A stretch of 64,000 nt of DNA from Candidatus Melainabacteria bacterium 17Bon1m (GCA_032128875.1 JAVLKG010000009.1:160001-224000); one strand, 5' to 3'; positions 10,162 to 19,513 are shown, counted from the stretch's first letter. Translations and numbers: made by a program. The notes: generated by a model from the letters alone, not told the origin.

Positions 10162-10611
10162 TTATCTGTCGCTGTCGCTACGATTATGCCTCTTGCGAGA
10201 GCCTGTGTGCGAGGCGCTCAGCACGATAAGGGCTTTTGCGACGGAAATTGCCGATACGTTGACGGTCAACAAAAATACCCAATTTATGTTCAAAACCGGC
10301 GCCTGTGAGCCTGGGCGCAGTCGTATGGAAGTGAACACAGCGTCGTTTACGAGATGTGTAAGCCCGGCGGTCGCACCGGCGAGTGCCAGAATGACAAGAG
10401 ATAATTTGATGACTTGAATGGGCGAGGCTTCACCGTAGAAAAGAACGGCGGCAGCCAGGCTGGCACCGACTTCGATGACTAGAAGCGGCAGCAGAGGCAC
10501 TTCCAAACAATTGGCATGGAAAACCTTGGGCAGCCCGTAGTTCAGCCCGATGACAAACAAGATAAGCGCCGCCAAAAGCGGCCAAGACGTCCGTATAGTC
10601 AGACGATACAT
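10162..10611 (-). CDS. Hypothetical 4-TM membrane protein downstream of pheT
   Basis: Hydrophobic ORF, GGAG RBS upstream of ATG 10611, co-oriented with pheT. Confidence 0.65.
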   Translation of the reverse strand: MYRLTIRTSWPLLAALILFVIGLNYGLPKVFHANCLEVPLLPLLVIEVGASLAAAVLFYGEASPIQVIKLSLVILALAGATAGLTHLVNDAVFTSIRLRPGSQAPVLNINWVFLLTVNVSAISVAKALIVLSASHTGSRKRHNRSDSDR

Positions 10612-10638
10612 CAAAACTCCACGCAGAAATCTACGTTA

Positions 10639-13233
10639 TTACAGCCTGAATGAAGCGCCTAGCCTGGACTGCAGACTTTCTCTGATTTTTGCCAGACGCT
10701 TGTCGACCTCTTCGGTGGACAATGGCTCCTGATCGCCGGAGAAAAGCAGTCGATAAGAAAGGCTTTTCTTACCGTCGCTAAGCTGGAACAAGCTGACTAG
10801 ATCGACCTGCTTGAGGGTACCTCCTGCAGCTGATCGAATACAAGATTCTACAGAAGCGTGGTCGAGAGCCACATCCACATCTGCGGTCAGATCGCGAGAG
10901 AGTGGCTGGGTCGAAGGCAATTGCGAGAATGTCGGCGCTACTGTCAATTTCTGTATCTGATCGATATCCAGTTCGAATACAGCTGCGCGCTCGGTGAATT
11001 TTAAGCTGTCGGTAAACCCTGGATGCAATTCGGCGACGAAGCCGAGCCTGACTACTTGTGCCTCAGGAGCGTTGGCTGTGACGTTTGGATTTTTCGACCA
11101 GATGATCTCGCAGGCTCTAAAAGGATGCAGACATCCAGGCAAACGATTGGAATGGAAGAATTTGACGCGCGCTAAATCAACGCCGGCCTGCAATAGCAGT
11201 TGCTCGACGACACCTTTGGCGCGATAGAAGTCATGCGATTCTTCAGCCACCGTTTCATACTTGGCTGCGGCATCAGGCGCTGCAGTTGGTTTTGTCTGCC
11301 ACAAGCTGGAGGAGCGTTTGCCCATGAGCAAACCGGCAACCTTGGTGCGCTCTTCCACGCCCGTTTCGCCACGCTCTTGCTTCACCTCTTTTGCATCTTT
11401 TTTCAGATAAATGCGTCCAATTTCAAAGAGAAAAACATCTTTGTTGCCGTGGTCGTAGTTGTAGGCAGCAGTCTGGGTTAGACCAGGTATCAAGCTCTGG
11501 CGCAATACTTCGTGGTCTTCTGAAAGCGGATTGAGCACTGCAACCAGTCGCTCTTCATTTTCGAGAGTAGCTAAACCATGCGGATTATCTTCTCCTTTTT
11601 TGCTCTCGCTGCGCACCAAACTTGATATCCAAGCTTCGCTCAAGCCTGATGCCAAAAGCGATCGCTTGATTTTGTTGAGCGTTTGGTTCGGCGCTTGCGG
11701 CGGAATCGTGTTGGTCGGCATTACGCTGGGCAATTTGTCAAAGCCGTAAATACGAGCGATTTCTTCTATCACGTCTATTTCGCGTGTCACGTCGGCAGAC
11801 CTGAAACTGGGCACTTTGACGGACAACTGATCGCCTTTTGCTTCATATCCGAAGCCGAGCGGCTCGATGAGTTTGCCCGCTGCATCTGCTGTCAAATCAA
11901 TATCCAGCAGTTTTTTAACTCTGGGCATGCGCACCGATACGACGGTTTTCTCAACTGTCTCTTTGCCCGACTTTGCCATCTCCGCAAAGCCTGCACCGTC
12001 TTTAGTGGCGCTGCAATATTGCATTATCAGACTGGCAGCCCTGTCAGAAGCTGCGATAACGGACTCTACATCAACGCCTCGCTCGAATCTCAGGCTGCTG
12101 TCGCTGGACAATCCGAGCAGTCTGCTTCCTCTACGCACGCGCGCTTGCGAGAATGCTGCCGCTTCAAGAGCAATGGTATGAGTGTCGTCGGAAATCTCAG
12201 AACCTTTGCCGCCCATGACTCCTGCGACACCGAGTACTTCATTTTCGCCGGCGATTACAAGAACTTCGTCTGTGAGTTTTTGCTCTCTTTCGTTGATGGT
12301 GACGAGGGTTTCACCGGCCTTGGCGCGGCGAGCCTGTATAACTTTGCTCTTTAGTTTGGAAACATCGTAAGCGTGCAGAGGCTGGCCCATTTCATGCATC
12401 ACATAGTTGGTGATGTCGACGATATTGTTGACTGAACGCACGCCGATTGCTTCCAACTTGCGAACAATTTCTTGAGGTGACGGACCGACCTTCAACCCTT
12501 CTATATAACGGATGGTGAGAAGGGGGCAATCTTCTTCACTTTCAATACGGGTAGTTATGGCTTGCTCAGGCTTGATTAGCTTGCCGTGTTTGCTCAGATC
12601 CGCAATTGCGACTTTCATTGGGCGACCCGTCAAAGCAGCAACCTCGCGCGCCAGTCCGATTACAGACAGTGCGTCGCCTCTGTTCGAGCGAGAACCTACG
12701 TTGAGAACGGAGTCCGAACTGAGTTCTAAAACTTCTTTTGCATCGGCACCAATCTTGATGCCATTGCCTTTGATCAAGATCTCTTCCAGGTCGGACAGAA
12801 TGAGAATTCCGTCGACATCAAAGCCTTGCAGTCCCAGTTCTGAAGGCGAGCAGAGCATGCCGTTTGAAGTGACACCACGAATTTCGGAACGCTTGATCGG
12901 AAGTGGGCTGCCGTCCTTTCTATTAATTACGATTGCACCTGGAAGTGCCACCGGAATAATATGTCCAACTTCTATATTCGACGCGCCGCAAACAATCTCG
13001 ACCGGCTCTGCGTCCTCTTTGAGAAGCACTTTAGTCAGGCGAATTTTGTCGGCATTAGGATGCTGGTGAATTTCGAGAATTTTTCCGACTACCAGAGGGC
13101 CTGTAATGTTGGCACCAACGGTGTGAATGTCTTCCACCTCGAAAGCGTTCATTGTCAGCTTTTCAGCTACTTCTTCAGGCGAAATCCCTGAGAGATCGAC
13201 AAATTCACTCAACCATTTGTATGAAAGCTTCAT
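10639..13233 (-). CDS. pheT: Phenylalanine--tRNA ligase beta subunit
   Basis: MKLSYKWLSEFV, HPNADK, IVCGA, NRGDALS, NNIVDITNY, RFERG, C-terminal FDX-ACB domain (KKSLSYRL). Confidence 0.98.
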   Translation of the reverse strand: MKLSYKWLSEFVDLSGISPEEVAEKLTMNAFEVEDIHTVGANITGPLVVGKILEIHQHPNADKIRLTKVLLKEDAEPVEIVCGASNIEVGHIIPVALPGAIVINRKDGSPLPIKRSEIRGVTSNGMLCSPSELGLQGFDVDGILILSDLEEILIKGNGIKIGADAKEVLELSSDSVLNVGSRSNRGDALSVIGLAREVAALTGRPMKVAIADLSKHGKLIKPEQAITTRIESEEDCPLLTIRYIEGLKVGPSPQEIVRKLEAIGVRSVNNIVDITNYVMHEMGQPLHAYDVSKLKSKVIQARRAKAGETLVTINEREQKLTDEVLVIAGENEVLGVAGVMGGKGSEISDDTHTIALEAAAFSQARVRRGSRLLGLSSDSSLRFERGVDVESVIAASDRAASLIMQYCSATKDGAGFAEMAKSGKETVEKTVVSVRMPRVKKLLDIDLTADAAGKLIEPLGFGYEAKGDQLSVKVPSFRSADVTREIDVIEEIARIYGFDKLPSVMPTNTIPPQAPNQTLNKIKRSLLASGLSEAWISSLVRSESKKGEDNPHGLATLENEERLVAVLNPLSEDHEVLRQSLIPGLTQTAAYNYDHGNKDVFLFEIGRIYLKKDAKEVKQERGETGVEERTKVAGLLMGKRSSSLWQTKPTAAPDAAAKYETVAEESHDFYRAKGVVEQLLLQAGVDLARVKFFHSNRLPGCLHPFRACEIIWSKNPNVTANAPEAQVVRLGFVAELHPGFTDSLKFTERAAVFELDIDQIQKLTVAPTFSQLPSTQPLSRDLTADVDVALDHASVESCIRSAAGGTLKQVDLVSLFQLSDGKKSLSYRLLFSGDQEPLSTEEVDKRLAKIRESLQSRLGASFRL

Positions 13234-13330
13234 TGCGGTAACGCCCTTTGTGTCCTTTGAAATCTTGAGATTTAGCTGGTTTGAGATGTATTTCGTGTAT
13301 CGAGTGCGACAACTGTCGGCTCGATTGTTT

Positions 13331-14371
13331 TTAGAATTGGCTCAGGAATTTCACGTCATTGGTGAAGAAATTGCGGATGTCTGTGACACCGTATTTCAGC
13401 ATTGCCAGCCGCTCAACGCCCATACCGAATGCGAAGCCGCTCCATTCTTCCGGATCAATTCCGACCGCTTGCAAAACATTAGGGTCGACCAATCCGCAAC
13501 CCAAAAGTTCTAACCACCCGCGGTGACCGCAAGTGCGGCAACCACTGCCCATGCAAAACGGGCATTGGCTGTCCAATTCAGCAGATGGCTCTGTGAATGG
13601 AAAGAAGTCGGGGCGAAGTCTGGTTTTGAGAGGCTTGCCGAAAAGCAAACGGATAAACTCATTGAGAGTCGCGCTCAGTTGTCCGAAGGTAACATCCTTA
13701 TCGATAAGCAAGCCTTCGACCTGGTGAAATAGCGGGTATTTGCGAGCGTTGACTTCTTCGTTGCGATAAACGCGTCCGGGAGAAATGATTTTCAACGGCG
13801 GCTTTTTATTTTCCATGACACGAATTTGCACTGTCGAGGTTTGACTGCGCAAAAGTACTTGCGGTCCGACGTTGGTATAGAACGTGTCTTGCTCATCTCT
13901 GGCCGGGTGACTGAGCGGTGTATTCAAAGCATCGAAATTGTAATAGTCGGTCTCGACTTCCGGACCTTCGGCAACTTCGTAACCCATGCCGTAAAAAATG
14001 CTGATGATTTCTTCTGTGACTTGAGTGAGCGGATGCAGGTGCCCCTGGGCGATTGCGCGTCCAGGCAAAGTCACATCGATGCCTTCGTCTTTGAGGCGAG
14101 CGTCCAGTTCACTCCTGTAAAGCGTGTTCTTTTGCTTTTCCAGAGCGCCTTCTACTTCTTGCTTTATCTCGTTCGCCAGTTGTCCAATGCGCGGACGGGC
14201 AGCTTTATCGATGTTCGAAAGCCCTCGCATAATGGTGCTTAGCGAGCCTTTCTGCCCGAGATACAGCAGCCTCAATTCTTCCAAAGCGGCTGAAGTTTGT
14301 GCCTGGGTAAAATCTGCCAGGGCTTTATCCTTCAGTTCTTTCAGCTCTTTTTCTAAATTTTCAACACTCAT
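13331..14371 (-). CDS. pheS: Phenylalanine--tRNA ligase alpha subunit
   Basis: GHLHP, NFDALN, HPARDEQDTF, FHQVEGL, FPFTEPS, FAFGMGVERLAML; start placed at MSVENLE. Confidence 0.98.
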   Translation of the reverse strand: MSVENLEKELKELKDKALADFTQAQTSAALEELRLLYLGQKGSLSTIMRGLSNIDKAARPRIGQLANEIKQEVEGALEKQKNTLYRSELDARLKDEGIDVTLPGRAIAQGHLHPLTQVTEEIISIFYGMGYEVAEGPEVETDYYNFDALNTPLSHPARDEQDTFYTNVGPQVLLRSQTSTVQIRVMENKKPPLKIISPGRVYRNEEVNARKYPLFHQVEGLLIDKDVTFGQLSATLNEFIRLLFGKPLKTRLRPDFFPFTEPSAELDSQCPFCMGSGCRTCGHRGWLELLGCGLVDPNVLQAVGIDPEEWSGFAFGMGVERLAMLKYGVTDIRNFFTNDVKFLSQF

Positions 14372-14825
14372 CAGATTCTTTGCAACCCTTCCAAAGCGCA
14401 ATCGCTGGATTGAGACTCGTCGCCAAGGCGCTCGCCTATCTCGCCGCACAGGCGCGCAATAACCGTCGCCCGGACAATTCTGCCAGCAGATTTCTAACAG
14501 TAACAGAACAGCATATAAGATTCTGAACATTGCCCGGCGGTCTTTGCGTTTCTACACTTGCGGCTCTCTGTCAGGCATTGATAGTGCTGCAAGCGTAAGA
14601 ATTGTCTCCTCTCGGCAGCGCTTGCAGCCAGCGCGGTGCCAGGCACGTGGCTTCATTGCCCAAAAAACTTATATGGCTGGAGCTTCCTTTCAAATGGCGT
14701 AAAATTCAATTAGAAGTGGCGCTGTAAAGAAAGCTAAATAGAGAATTTGGCTAAGAATGCGATAACAACGTGCAGTGCGCCCGAAAAACTAAACGGAATC
14801 CCTCACGACAATCAGGTCTAACCGC

Positions 14826-15302
14826 TTGGCTAGAACACGTTTCAGGAGAAAACCTGGATACACGATCCCGACTACGAGAGTGTCAGTAATCGTGATTTCG
14901 CCAGACAGAAAAATATTGTTGGTTCGCCACCGCAAGGGCAATCGGCAATATTGGGTATTGCCGGGCGGTCGGCTTGAATATGGCGAAACCTTTGCTGAGT
15001 GTGCGGTTCGGGAGATCAAAGAAGAGACTGGATTGGATGTTGAAGTGGTTCGCTTCCTTTTCCTGTCCGAAGCAATCGCCCCCGACCGCTCTAGGCACAT
15101 TGTCAATGTTTATTTAAAGGCAAAAGAGATAGGCGGCGTCATGAAAGTCGGCAATGAGCCGGTTCTTGCCGGGGTCGACTACATACCCATCGATGACCTT
15201 GAGAAAGTAACGCTCTTTCCGCCGGTCGCTGAGTACATTCTGAAAAACCTGTCACTCGGTGACCCGGACGGCATCGAGTACCTTGGCAATCTCTGGGTGT
15301 AG
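14826..15302 (+). CDS. Nudix hydrolase
   Basis: Nudix box GGRLEYGETFAECAVREIKEETGL. Confidence 0.92.
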   Translation: MARTRFRRKPGYTIPTTRVSVIVISPDRKILLVRHRKGNRQYWVLPGGRLEYGETFAECAVREIKEETGLDVEVVRFLFLSEAIAPDRSRHIVNVYLKAKEIGGVMKVGNEPVLAGVDYIPIDDLEKVTLFPPVAEYILKNLSLGDPDGIEYLGNLWV

Positions 15303-15458
15303 TAGAATATTGCGTCTATATGTCGGGACCGACGTTCTGTTTTGATGCATCCGCATCCAGCTCAGGTTCCCGGTGGCTATGCGCCAACACAGAGACCTAT
15401 CGACGCGCGCATTATGAGTTTTGTCTCAAATTGTCGCTTCAACCGCCTGGAGGAAAAA

Positions 15459-15605
15459 ATGGCACAGCAACGTGGAATGAAGCGAGCTGAAAAAGTACTG
15501 GCTCGCAAGCAAAAGAAAAGAGTTCAAGCTAAAGCAGCAAATATTCGCCGCGCCGAAAGACAGGCTGATGGTGTTGAGAAAGAAGAAGTGAAGGCTGAAG
15601 GCTAA
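15459..15605 (+). CDS. Small basic protein, 48 aa (MAQQRGMKRAEKVLARKQKKRVQAK...)
   Basis: Strong GGAGG RBS before ATG 15459, followed by a terminator hairpin. Confidence 0.75.
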   Translation: MAQQRGMKRAEKVLARKQKKRVQAKAANIRRAERQADGVEKEEVKAEG

Positions 15606-15630
15606 ACTCGACTCTTCAACTGAGTTTTAG

Positions 15631-15657
15631 AAACCGCTCTTACCGGGCGGTTTTTTG
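15631..15657 (+). terminator. Intrinsic terminator
   Basis: aaaccgctc-ttacc-gggcggttt followed by a T-tract. Confidence 0.65.
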
Positions 15658-15700
15658 TTGCGAATTTTTGTATGGGAGCCGCATGCGATTTCTTCATAAA

Positions 15701-15751
15701 AGGGGAGCCGTATACGGCTCCCTGCCAGGGACGCGCATGCGCGTCCCCTAC
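15701..15751. repeat. REP-like palindrome pair
   Basis: gggagccgtatacggctccc and gggacgcgcatgcgcgtcccCTAC (GTAG end on the minus strand). Confidence 0.8.
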
Positions 15752-15786
15752 GAGCGCATGTAAATGCGCGTCGCCTACGAGCGCAT

Positions 15787-17103
15787 TTACATATGGTCGC
15801 CGAAAGAAAACGTGATTCCGTTGACGACGACTTCCGAACCTTGCGATGCTCCAGCCTGCAGCAGAGCGTCGATGACTCCCATTGCTCGCAAGACATTAAA
15901 CATATGCGCCAGGGATTCCGGCTCCTTGAGGTTGGTGACCTCGACGATTTTCTCGGCGCGATGACCAGTGAGGAAGAAAACATTCTTCTTTCTCATGATC
16001 TCAAAAGAGTCATCCGGTCTTTCCGAGGCTGCTTCGTCACTGATTACGATCGATGGATCGACCACGGGCTCGGGCGATTTGAACTCTTCCAGTTTGCGGG
16101 TCAATATGGCAATCAACTCTCTTACGCCGATTTGTCCTTGCGCAGATATAAGATGAACGCCCTGAAGTCTTTCTTCCTTTCCTTTGTACTGTTTTTTGAG
16201 AAACTTCTCGACCCTTTGTTTAAGGGCTTCAGCTTCATCCGCATCCATAAGATCTATTTTGTTGAGTGCCACCAAACGCGGTAGCTCCTTCAATTTGTCG
16301 CTGAAGAGATCGAGTTCGTTGAGGATTGTTTTCATATCTTCTTCGATCGTCTCGGAGCTGCTGTCCACCATGTGTACGAGCACTCTTGTGCGTTCGATGT
16401 GGCGGAGAAAATCGTGTCCCAATCCCACGCCACTCGAAGCTCCTTCAACGAGCCCCGGAATATCGGCGACGACGAAGGCCTTTCCAGATTGATCGTATGC
16501 CACACCCAGATTGGGTTCTAAGGTCGTGAAAGGGTACGCCGCAATTTTCGGTTTGGCATTGGAGATGACTGATAAAAGTGTCGATTTGCCCGCGTTGGGC
16601 AGGCCAATCAAGCCGACATCGGCAAGCAATTTCAATTCCAGTTCAAGAAGTCTCTCGACCCCCCTTTCTCCCGGCTCGCAATAGTAAGGCGAACGCTTGG
16701 TGGGGGTGGCCATCATGCTGTTGCCCCGGCCGCCGCGCCCGCCCTCGGCAACAAGTGCCCTCTGACCGGGGGCTACCAGGTCGGCAATGACGTGCCCGTC
16801 ATTCCTGTCCCGGATAAGAGTACCGACTGGCACCCTGATGACGAGATCCTTGCCCTGTTTGCCGTGCTGGTTCTTGGTACGGCCTCGCTCGCCGTTCTCA
16901 GCCTCAAAAATCGCTTTGAAACGAAACTCTACGAGCGTAGTCAGGTCGTTTGTCGCCTCAATATAGACATGAGCCCCTCGCCCCCCATTGCCCCCGGCAG
17001 GACCCCCTAGAGGCTCGTATTTCTCTCGTCGCCAAGCGATGGCACCGTTGCCGCCGTCGCCGGAACGTACGCTGATTTGGACGTGATCTATAAATTGGCT
17101 CAT
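15787..17103 (-). CDS. obgE: GTPase ObgE/CgtA
   Basis: Gly-rich Obg domain, GLPNAGKS, YPFTT, DIPG, NKID, C-terminal OCT-like domain. Confidence 0.98.
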   Translation of the reverse strand: MSQFIDHVQISVRSGDGGNGAIAWRREKYEPLGGPAGGNGGRGAHVYIEATNDLTTLVEFRFKAIFEAENGERGRTKNQHGKQGKDLVIRVPVGTLIRDRNDGHVIADLVAPGQRALVAEGGRGGRGNSMMATPTKRSPYYCEPGERGVERLLELELKLLADVGLIGLPNAGKSTLLSVISNAKPKIAAYPFTTLEPNLGVAYDQSGKAFVVADIPGLVEGASSGVGLGHDFLRHIERTRVLVHMVDSSSETIEEDMKTILNELDLFSDKLKELPRLVALNKIDLMDADEAEALKQRVEKFLKKQYKGKEERLQGVHLISAQGQIGVRELIAILTRKLEEFKSPEPVVDPSIVISDEAASERPDDSFEIMRKKNVFFLTGHRAEKIVEVTNLKEPESLAHMFNVLRAMGVIDALLQAGASQGSEVVVNGITFSFGDHM

Positions 17104-17332
17104 AAGTTGTAAGTATCAGTGACAGATAACCATTAGAGATCTTGACCTAAGATCTTGATCCTTATGATTATCAGATCTAGATCTTTTAAAGTAATAGATA
17201 TACTGAGATCAGTTAAAGATTGTCTTTCAAGTGGCAGATTGAAGAAGGAAATAGACCCGTTTAGAGTCTTGAGTCGCCGATAAATCGGTTAAGAACAAAA
17301 CTCTCAGACTTAGTGGTGAGGAGGAACATCCA

Positions 17333-17800
17333 TTGGAAGAGCGTATCACTGTTCATGAAAAGGCTCGAGGCGAGACGATTAACGTCTACATCGGCGAGTA
17401 TCGCGGAACAAAATATCTTCACATCCGGGAATGGTATCTCGACAAAGATCAAGAAGAGAAGCCTACCAAAAAAGGTGTGGCACTACCGGTGGAGAAATGT
17501 GAAGCATTGAAAGATGCTATTTCGCAAATCGGTCCATCCGACGGATCTCTTGATGAGAGAGTTACAGTGCATGAAAAGGCTCGCGGTGAGTCGATCAACG
17601 TCTACGTTGGTGAATATCGCGGTACCCGATACCTGCATATTCGCGAGTGGTATCTCGATAAGGATCAAGAAGAAAAGCCGACCAAGAAGGGTGTTGCCAT
17701 TCCTATGGAAAAGGTGGACGCGCTTACCGATGCCATCGACCAATTGGTGCCGGCAGAGAAGGCTGAAAAAGCTGAGAAGCCAGAGAAGAAAAAGAAATAG
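17333..17800 (+). CDS. Tandem two-domain PC4/YdbC-family ssDNA-binding protein
   Basis: Two ~64-aa copies (216-bp period) of V..Y.GEYRG..YLHIREWY...KPTKKGV, the PC4 signature; GAGGAGG RBS, TTG start. Confidence 0.85.
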   Translation: MEERITVHEKARGETINVYIGEYRGTKYLHIREWYLDKDQEEKPTKKGVALPVEKCEALKDAISQIGPSDGSLDERVTVHEKARGESINVYVGEYRGTRYLHIREWYLDKDQEEKPTKKGVAIPMEKVDALTDAIDQLVPAEKAEKAEKPEKKKK

Positions 17801-17832
17801 TTCGACTCAGCTCTTCTAGGAATCCCCTCAAC

Positions 17833-18717
17833 TTGACCAATTCGCTAAAACCGAATTTAGTCTTGCGCCGATTGTATGGGATAGGTCTATCCCTGGCAGT
17901 CTCGCTGTCCGCAATTACAGCTGCCGATTGCGCCGAGCTTTCGCTATCTTCCTCCTCTGCGAAGCAAGGGCAACCGATAGAAGTTATCTACAAGACAGAG
18001 ACGGCTGAGGATTCACCGACTTTCACGTTCGCGCGACAGACTTATAAATTGTTTCCATCTCCTGGCGCTGAAGGCGGAGGAGATGGACAACATATATACA
18101 AAGCTATTTTGGCGCCTTCTCTCGAACTCGACCCCGGCGTCTATACACTCAAGAACGACAATGCCTCGACGAAGCTGAAAGTATTGGACGGCAAGTTTCA
18201 GATGCGCTATTTGACTCTGCCGAAGTCAAAAGACAATTTCAATACATCGCCGGGGGAGGAAGAAGCGGTCAATGCCGCGAAAGAGACTTGCTCTCCACAG
18301 CGATTTTGGACTGCCGATTTCACCCGCCCCTCAAAGGCTAGAACCTCGACCCCCTTTGGTGTTCGGCGGACGGTGAATGGCAAATTTCTCAAAGATTATT
18401 TCCATTCCGGGCTGGATTTTGCCGGCGGATTGGGGTCACCTGTAGTGGCATGTGCTCCTGGCGTAGTGGTATTGGCTAGGACTGGTTTTAAACTTCACGG
18501 TAATTGTGTTGCTATAGATCATGGTCAGGGTATCGTGTCGTTCTACATTCACCTGCAAAAACTGCATGTGACCAAAGGACAACAAGTAAAAGCCGGAGAA
18601 TTGATTGGAAGAATCGGTCAGACCGGTCGTGCAAACGGTCCTCACCTGCATTTCAGCATCTATTGCAATAAGGCTGCGAGCAATCCGAGCAACTGGTTCA
18701 CAAACGCTATTAAATAG
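17833..18717 (+). CDS. M23-family metallopeptidase, secreted
   Basis: Signal peptide, HSGLD and GPHLHF zinc motifs. Confidence 0.92.
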   Translation: MTNSLKPNLVLRRLYGIGLSLAVSLSAITAADCAELSLSSSSAKQGQPIEVIYKTETAEDSPTFTFARQTYKLFPSPGAEGGGDGQHIYKAILAPSLELDPGVYTLKNDNASTKLKVLDGKFQMRYLTLPKSKDNFNTSPGEEEAVNAAKETCSPQRFWTADFTRPSKARTSTPFGVRRTVNGKFLKDYFHSGLDFAGGLGSPVVACAPGVVVLARTGFKLHGNCVAIDHGQGIVSFYIHLQKLHVTKGQQVKAGELIGRIGQTGRANGPHLHFSIYCNKAASNPSNWFTNAIK

Positions 18718-18764
18718 GTTGGGGAAGTTTCATTTCGATGAAACATAATCAACTGTTTTGGACG

Positions 18765-18789
18765 AGGCATCACCGGTGATGCCTTTTTT
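18765..18789 (+). terminator. Intrinsic terminator after the M23 gene
   Basis: Perfect palindrome aggcatcaccggtgatgcct followed by a T-tract. Confidence 0.75.
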
Positions 18790-18870
18790 ATTCCGGCTTT
18801 TCGCCTTGGGCATGATGTGAGTGGTGTGGCACCACTAGAACTCATATGGAAATGAAACATAATCACATAT

Positions 18871-18898
18871 AAAAGAGCCGCCCAGAAGGCGGCTCTTT
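18871..18898 (-). terminator. Intrinsic terminator after sepF
   Basis: aaagagccgcc-cagaa-ggcggctcttt. Confidence 0.75.
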
Positions 18899-18926
18899 AC
18901 TGATTCCTGGGATGTCTATCGATTGC

Positions 18927-19439
18927 CTAGATGGTTGTTGCTTTGTTCCAGAATGCATCCTTAATCGCCTTTGAGGAGGTCGATTCGGATTGGATTACCA
19001 CCGAGGATGGTGCGAACAAGAACACGCCTTCGCCGATACGTTGTTGGTGACCGTCGATTGCGTGGCAAGCGCCGGAGAGGAAATCGACTACACGCTGGCT
19101 GTTTTCGTTGTCCAGCATGTGCAAGTTGAGCAACACGGATTTGCGTCCGCGGAGATGCTCAACAATGTCGATAGACTCTTCAAATTGACGCGGCTCGATA
19201 ACCAACACTTCGCTGGCTGCTTGAGCGCTTGGGTGCGTCACGACTTGACTGCCGTAATTGTTTGAAGGCTGTCTGACCGAAGGCGGCTTTACAGCATCCA
19301 TCGGCGCCTTATCCAATGCCAGCTGTCCGTTGGTGGCATAAACTTCGTCAGTAGTGTCGAACAAATCTTCGAAATCTTCTCTGTCGTAGTTGTCTGCCGG
19401 ACCGAACCAAAAACTTTTTAGCTTTGTAACTATGCTCAC
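18927..19439 (-). CDS. sepF: Cell division protein SepF
   Basis: EVLVIEPRQFEE...VLLNL...QRVVDFLSG...FLFAP; GTG start with AAGGAGG RBS; downstream of yggS. Confidence 0.93.
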   Translation of the reverse strand: MSIVTKLKSFWFGPADNYDREDFEDLFDTTDEVYATNGQLALDKAPMDAVKPPSVRQPSNNYGSQVVTHPSAQAASEVLVIEPRQFEESIDIVEHLRGRKSVLLNLHMLDNENSQRVVDFLSGACHAIDGHQQRIGEGVFLFAPSSVVIQSESTSSKAIKDAFWNKATTI

Positions 19440-19513
19440 TGCGTCCCTCCTTACCCTCTCGCCGAAATAACTTTGCTTTCCTTCCCTTATCCGAAATCCG
19501 CTTGTAGCGGGGA

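Noticed and set aside
14372..14530. N-terminal extensions in the ORF track for pheS (also sepF, groES, pgk, 15342, 38903)
   Set aside because: Homology and RBS positions support downstream starts, and some extensions run through REP elements.
14632..14646. T-box riboswitch upstream of pheS
   Set aside because: TGGCACCGCG is present, but the preceding GG, the closing antiterminator helix, a terminator and a stem I are not evident.
17133..17222. Definite oriC call
   Set aside because: No DnaA boxes or dnaA/dnaN genes are nearby, and skew cannot be assessed from this window.
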